DNA of 64,000 bases from a virus (taxonomy: Duplodnaviria; Heunggongvirae; Uroviricota; Caudoviricetes): positions 140,837 through 204,836 of IMG/VR virus record IMGVR_UViG_3300037424_001372; one strand, given 5' to 3'. Below are positions 60,601 to 64,000 of this stretch, piece after piece (positions within the stretch are counted from its first letter, which is position 1; every line of letters starts with the position of its first letter). The notes beneath the pieces are model-generated. The model was given only the letters and a program-made list of their open reading frames with translations, was not told the origin of the DNA and searched no databases. A program made the position numbers and the translations under genes.

Positions 60601-61973
60601 ATTTGGATGTTGATGCAACTAAAGAAACTATCGAAAATCATAATAAAACAATTAATAATCATAATGAACGTATTAAAATATTGCAATCAAGCATTGTTGT
60701 TTTAAAAGATAATTATGATGTCATTCGATTTAATGAATTGATTGAAAAACGTGATGATCATAAACAAGAAGTTAATGATAAAAAAATTCAAATAAAAGAA
60801 GAAGAGCGAAATAAAAGTGATTACCAACATCAAATTGAAATAATTAACGGTAAATTATTTACATTAAAACGTGACGGCCTTTCAAAAAAAGAGGAAATAA
60901 AGAGGTTAAAAGAAAGTAAAATATGTCCAACATGTGGTCAACCATTAACTGATGAACATCAAGAACATATTAATATAAATATTAAAACTATTGAAGATTT
61001 GATGTTCGGTATTGCTGATGAAATTAAGCTGTTACAAAAAGATATCGAAACAGGTTGGATACCATTAATTAAAACTTGTGATGACAATATTCAAAACATT
61101 AATAATGAGATTGTTAATCTTGGTCTTGATATGGAAAATGTTTTGAAAGAAATTGGTAAAATAACTAACGATAAAAATGAGGTCGATAGTCGAAAACAAT
61201 ATCAAATTGAATTAGATTCAATTCCAACCAAAATTCAAAATGAAGAATTAAAAATTGAAATTTTGAAAAGTAAACTAACTAATTATGATAATTGTTTAAA
61301 ACAAATCGAATCTAATCATAAAGTTGATCATGGAATTGTTGTGGCTAAAGAAAGATTAATCTCTTTAGAGAATGAATTCAATGGATTGAAAGAAGATGTA
61401 TATGTTCGAAAGACAAGTGTTGGAGATAAGTTGATTAAAATCAAAAACAATGAAATTTTGATCAACGAATTTAAATTACAGGAATATCAAGATACTGTTA
61501 TGAATTTATATAAGAAATGTGTTCATAGGGATGGTATTCCTAAACAAATGTTGGTTAATTATATTATACCTAAAATCAATAATACTCTTCAGCAAATATT
61601 ATCGGTCGCACCATTTAAAGTATGGCTTGATTCAGATGATTTAAGACCTAAATTAGTTTATAATAATCGACCTGCTTCAATAATTGATTGTATTGGTGCC
61701 AGTGGTAAAGAGAGAACATTTAGCAGTGTGGTATTGAAATTCGCATTAAATCAAATCAACGTAAAAGCTAAACCAACAATTTTCTTGTTGGATGAAGTTA
61801 TGGGAAAATTAGATTCGGAAGGTAGTGTTGATGAATTTATTGAAATTTTACAAATGATTAAATTAAAAATGAAGAAGGTATTAATTATTGAACATCATGC
61901 CGAGCTTAATCCAGATTATATGATTAATGTTAATTTGGATGATGATGGAATTTCAAACATCAATATAATTTAA
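57675..61973 (+). CDS. Fused SbcD/Mre11 nuclease - SbcC/Rad50 ATPase, containing an intein
   Basis: Nuclease: SDIHI, VGD, GNHD, FGDIH. ATPase: Walker A GINTAGKTT, zinc hook CPTCG, signature ASGKE, Walker B FLLDE, IIEH. Confidence 0.9.
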   Translation: MSNIRTIIHMSDIHIRKTPNRNEEYQSVFKRTIESIKLKKPDRIVIVGDLVNDYLDLQGEQLILAHEFLRELSKIAPVRITRGNHDCFTGDHEILTKEGWTTLKNYVDSNCNLEVLTFNPNNEHFEFQLPSEKIKKTFNGNLKQFKTDKCEFITTPSHEILLYQYSNNNYVKKYANFVDLNKDYRIPLRSREIINDFDKWFEFLGFCLADATFVIKNQNTMNGRVQFHFKKERKINYLCKLLDELNIPYKLRDGDRKRNTKVICVYSQPARNVMKFFNYNKKLSYDMGLMNYSKYKLKSFIDGYLNGDGSLIENNRYGCVSIFNENAEILTTISNYVGYSGYVQDSNIFGNYKNSKRQYSFFIIKNNDLKTTQINEINDIPYNGNVYCLTVPNENLFVRYEGRPFITGNCRKKNLKRVDSVKAIVETLSDYDINYYDKTGFYDDDNITWAVWHHGDAKNNPWKTKTGKSILANPEQYFTIDLFHDPISGCRSTTDFEMKSRSYYNINDFNGNLSFFGDIHNAQFLDSKQTKGYCGSLIEQDITEGDGAFHGYFLWDVEKLTAELVPIKNDYTHHNIKITPYTDFDDLDFEIENPTTFMKVRFIWGTLPQTRSKENERRVVEYIRSKHKNVTILHKNDFIESEEIEVSENINLENIVDDAVQQEIFKEFLTKIGTDEQMINDVLALDEEVLKEINIETETSVEWNVIKFGGTNFMSYANLDIDWRDMDGLFQICGINTAGKTTILKIISYALFGKTLETETRVKHGDIRFINNRNNANHCDTYLVIEANDEYYGIKRKTTIERMKDGSIKSVPTVLNYYLLASPDDEMNDNNVLEKLDEDKRIKTQGSINSIIGSYDNFMRIVMTTSDTLNRILSNDMAVFIDSLLFDSGLDIFDKKLEGWKVINKRNNEKSRVNCNIEQTSNQNANLRHEIANLQTEISDIETIKIPDVQQRIANGREFVENLTKKLYEIDNEIYNLDVDATKETIENHNKTINNHNERIKILQSSIVVLKDNYDVIRFNELIEKRDDHKQEVNDKKIQIKEEERNKSDYQHQIEIINGKLFTLKRDGLSKKEEIKRLKESKICPTCGQPLTDEHQEHININIKTIEDLMFGIADEIKLLQKDIETGWIPLIKTCDDNIQNINNEIVNLGLDMENVLKEIGKITNDKNEVDSRKQYQIELDSIPTKIQNEELKIEILKSKLTNYDNCLKQIESNHKVDHGIVVAKERLISLENEFNGLKEDVYVRKTSVGDKLIKIKNNEILINEFKLQEYQDTVMNLYKKCVHRDGIPKQMLVNYIIPKINNTLQQILSVAPFKVWLDSDDLRPKLVYNNRPASIIDCIGASGKERTFSSVVLKFALNQINVKAKPTIFLLDEVMGKLDSEGSVDEFIEILQMIKLKMKKVLIIEHHAELNPDYMINVNLDDDGISNINII
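57933..58901 (+). mobile_element. Intein with LAGLIDADG endonuclease (323 aa) inserted after GNHD
   Basis: N-terminus CFTGDHEILTKEGW, block B TPSH, LAGLIDADG-like FLGFCLAD and FIDGYLNGDG, C-terminus VYCLTVP...FITGN followed by extein Cys. Confidence 0.9.
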
Positions 61974-62053
61974 TCTTAATTTAGATAGAAAATATTATTA
62001 TCTTAATGAATATTATTAAACAATTAACAAACTATTTATTTTAAAATATTTTT

Positions 62054-63205
62054 ATGAATATAAAAAAATATGATGAACTAAGAAAAAAAATTAATACCAA
62101 AGATTTTGAAGGTAAAAATAAAAAGCTTGATAAATGGTTGTATTGGTTTTCATTTATTGGTAACATGGGGTCAATATTTTTTGCTTATTTTTTATTATAT
62201 CCATCATTATACAAAGCAATTAGTTTTAATGTGACAAGTGGTTCGTTTGCAATTGTATTATCTTTCGTAATGACCAATATATTATTGGTTATTTTTGAGA
62301 TTATTAAAAGATATTTTGTTAAGAATTTCTCGACAGATTTTGTTATTAATAATAATAAAATTAATGCGAGTATATTGGGATGGTTTATAGCTGCTTGCTT
62401 AATTGTGGGATTAAGTTTTTATTTATCTGTAGATGGTTCTAAAAAGCTGGCCAGTGTTAGTTCTTATAAAAATAATATTGCTGAACTTAAAACGACCAAT
62501 AGTATTGATAGCATTAATAATGTTTTCAATAATGAAAAATTAATTTATATTAATGATAATGAAGAATTAAGGAAAATCAATATTGAACTTAGACAAAAAT
62601 TAACCAATACCCCTGTTAAATACGTTGTTATTAGAAAAGATTATCAAGATAATATTGATAAAAACATGGAAATTATCAAAGATAATCAAAATACTATTAT
62701 CGATATTGAAAATAATATTCAAACAACCATTAAGAAATTAAATGATAATTTAGATATAAAAAGGAAATATAATAAATCTGACGATACCGGTAATATTATT
62801 TTATTTATAATTATTGCAATTTTTGTTGAAATTATTATTATTGGTGGAATCTATTTTAGAGAATGGTATGAGTATAATTTATATCTTATAAATCAACAAA
62901 AGTTTGAAAAAATTTATCAGAAAAAAAATAGATATGGTATACTATTACAATTTATTTATTTAGATGGTAAATTAGATGTTGGTGATAAGGTTATAACTGG
63001 ATTAGATTTGAAAGCAGTGGTTCAGGAGAAAACCAAAATCCAAAATTATAGTAAATTTGTTGACGAATTTTTACATGATATGGATAATTTAGGTATTTTT
63101 GTGATAACAGGTAAAAGAAGACATATCGGTAAAACCTATATTGAAGCAATTGATATTATTGAAAATTATGATGATTCTCATCGAATATTAGAAAATTTAA
63201 AATAA
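62054..63205 (+). CDS. Membrane protein with coiled-coil
   Basis: Three N-terminal hydrophobic segments, a long coiled-coil and a further TM segment. Confidence 0.65.
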   Translation: MNIKKYDELRKKINTKDFEGKNKKLDKWLYWFSFIGNMGSIFFAYFLLYPSLYKAISFNVTSGSFAIVLSFVMTNILLVIFEIIKRYFVKNFSTDFVINNNKINASILGWFIAACLIVGLSFYLSVDGSKKLASVSSYKNNIAELKTTNSIDSINNVFNNEKLIYINDNEELRKINIELRQKLTNTPVKYVVIRKDYQDNIDKNMEIIKDNQNTIIDIENNIQTTIKKLNDNLDIKRKYNKSDDTGNIILFIIIAIFVEIIIIGGIYFREWYEYNLYLINQQKFEKIYQKKNRYGILLQFIYLDGKLDVGDKVITGLDLKAVVQEKTKIQNYSKFVDEFLHDMDNLGIFVITGKRRHIGKTYIEAIDIIENYDDSHRILENLK

Positions 63206-63375
63206 TGGAAAATAGTGATAATAAAGTAAAGGCCGAATTATTAAAGAAAGCATTAAAATTAGTCAATAAATTAGCTGATTTGGATATTGACGATGCTGAT
63301 GATAGAGAAGATATTGAAAAATTAATTAAGGAATCAAATATTTTAAAAAAAAATAGATTATGGATGCTGAATTAA
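63205..63375 (+). CDS. Small hypothetical protein (56 aa, not in the ORF track)
   Basis: TAATG overlap; MENSDNKVKAELLKKALKLV...RLWMLN*. Confidence 0.5.
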   Translation: MENSDNKVKAELLKKALKLVNKLADLDIDDADDREDIEKLIKESNILKKNRLWMLN

Positions 63376-63485
63376 AAAAAGTTAGAATCGAGACTAATGA
63401 AAATCATGTTGATGGTTATTATCCATCTAAATGGGATTATCGATTTATGAAACTAGCTGATTTGGAAGTTGCTCAATGGTCTTAA
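63360..63485 (+). pseudogene. 5' fragment of a dCMP deaminase-like gene
   Basis: MDAELK...SKWDYRFMKLADLEVAQWS* matches the KWD.RFM.LA..VA.WS(KDP) N-terminus of deoxycytidylate deaminases; stops just before the expected KDP. Confidence 0.65.
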
Positions 63486-64000
63486 AATAATATTTAAATT
63501 TCCATAGAAAAATCTATCTTTTTCTGAAAAAGATACTATTTATAATTAAACCTATAATGCAACAAAAATATATTAAATTATCCGAATATGCGAGAGAAAA
63601 ATCAATTACATATAAAACTGCTTGGAATCACTTTAAAAAGAATTTAATACCTAATGCATTTATAGATCAAACCGGGCATGTTTATATTCCAATTAATACT
63701 AATAATATTTTAACAAATAAAAGAGCAGTTATTTATGCTAGAGTTTCTTCTAATGATAGAAAAGAATCTTTAATCAATCAACAAAAAAGATTAGAAGAAT
63801 TTGCGATATTGAAAAATTATCGAATAATTTCATCCCATAAAGAAATTGCTTCGGGTATGAATGATAATAGAACTATTTTAAATAACATACTTAAAAATAA
63901 TAATTCATGGGATGTGTTATTGGTGGAAAATAAAGATAGATTAACAAGATTCGGTTTTAATTACATTAAACAATTATTAGAAAATCAAAATAAAACAATT
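63486..64000 (+). mobile_element. IS607-family element (left part)
   Basis: Begins at the truncation of the deaminase fragment; TATCTTTTT-CTG-AAAAAGATA hairpin, then tnpA. Left boundary is approximate. Confidence 0.65.
63557..64000 (+). CDS. tnpA: IS607 transposase (MerR-like HTH plus serine recombinase), 3'-truncated by the window
   Basis: KLSEYA....ITYKTAW.H, IYARVSS, EIASGMND.R, LLVE.KDRLTRFGF. Confidence 0.9.
   Translation, partial: MQQKYIKLSEYAREKSITYKTAWNHFKKNLIPNAFIDQTGHVYIPINTNNILTNKRAVIYARVSSNDRKESLINQQKRLEEFAILKNYRIISSHKEIASGMNDNRTILNNILKNNNSWDVLLVENKDRLTRFGFNYIKQLLENQNKTI

Noticed and set aside
1-64000. tRNA/rRNA genes
   Set aside because: No cloverleaf or rRNA-like GC-rich segment seen in the intergenic gaps; tRNAscan was not run.

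Overview
AT-rich, almost entirely + strand segment of a large (jumbo-type) tailed phage genome with a contractile-tail baseplate. The host is probably a Bacteroidota, because host-type TTG-N19/20-TAnnTTTG promoters are present and Shine-Dalgarno motifs are not evident. Order of content: (1) a Cys-rich, modular tail-fibre/adhesin region with an embedded GT9-like glycosyltransferase (1-16.6 kb); (2) SNF2 helicase, a QueC-like gene broken by one TAG, and a family B DNA polymerase (17.8-24.4 kb); (3) a block of genes behind a recurring [GC]TATTTAT motif, whose products carry (I/L/V/M)-N-E motifs at domain junctions and include Nudix, WYL, a 1466-aa kinase/kinase/CCA-adding/2H polyprotein, a second 2H phosphoesterase, a HAD phosphatase and ParB-like proteins (24.4-34.5 kb); (4) YfiR-like and GT4-like genes; (5) baseplate/tail genes (39-51 kb); (6) RuvC-like resolvase, endonucleases, metallophosphoesterase, primase, ECF sigma factor, a reverse-strand Hsp20 and an intein-containing Mre11-Rad50 fusion; (7) a dCMP-deaminase-like 5' fragment cut off by an IS607-type element at the window end. 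No tRNA, rRNA, CRISPR array or reverse transcriptase was seen. All family assignments come from motif recognition by eye, not from database searches.
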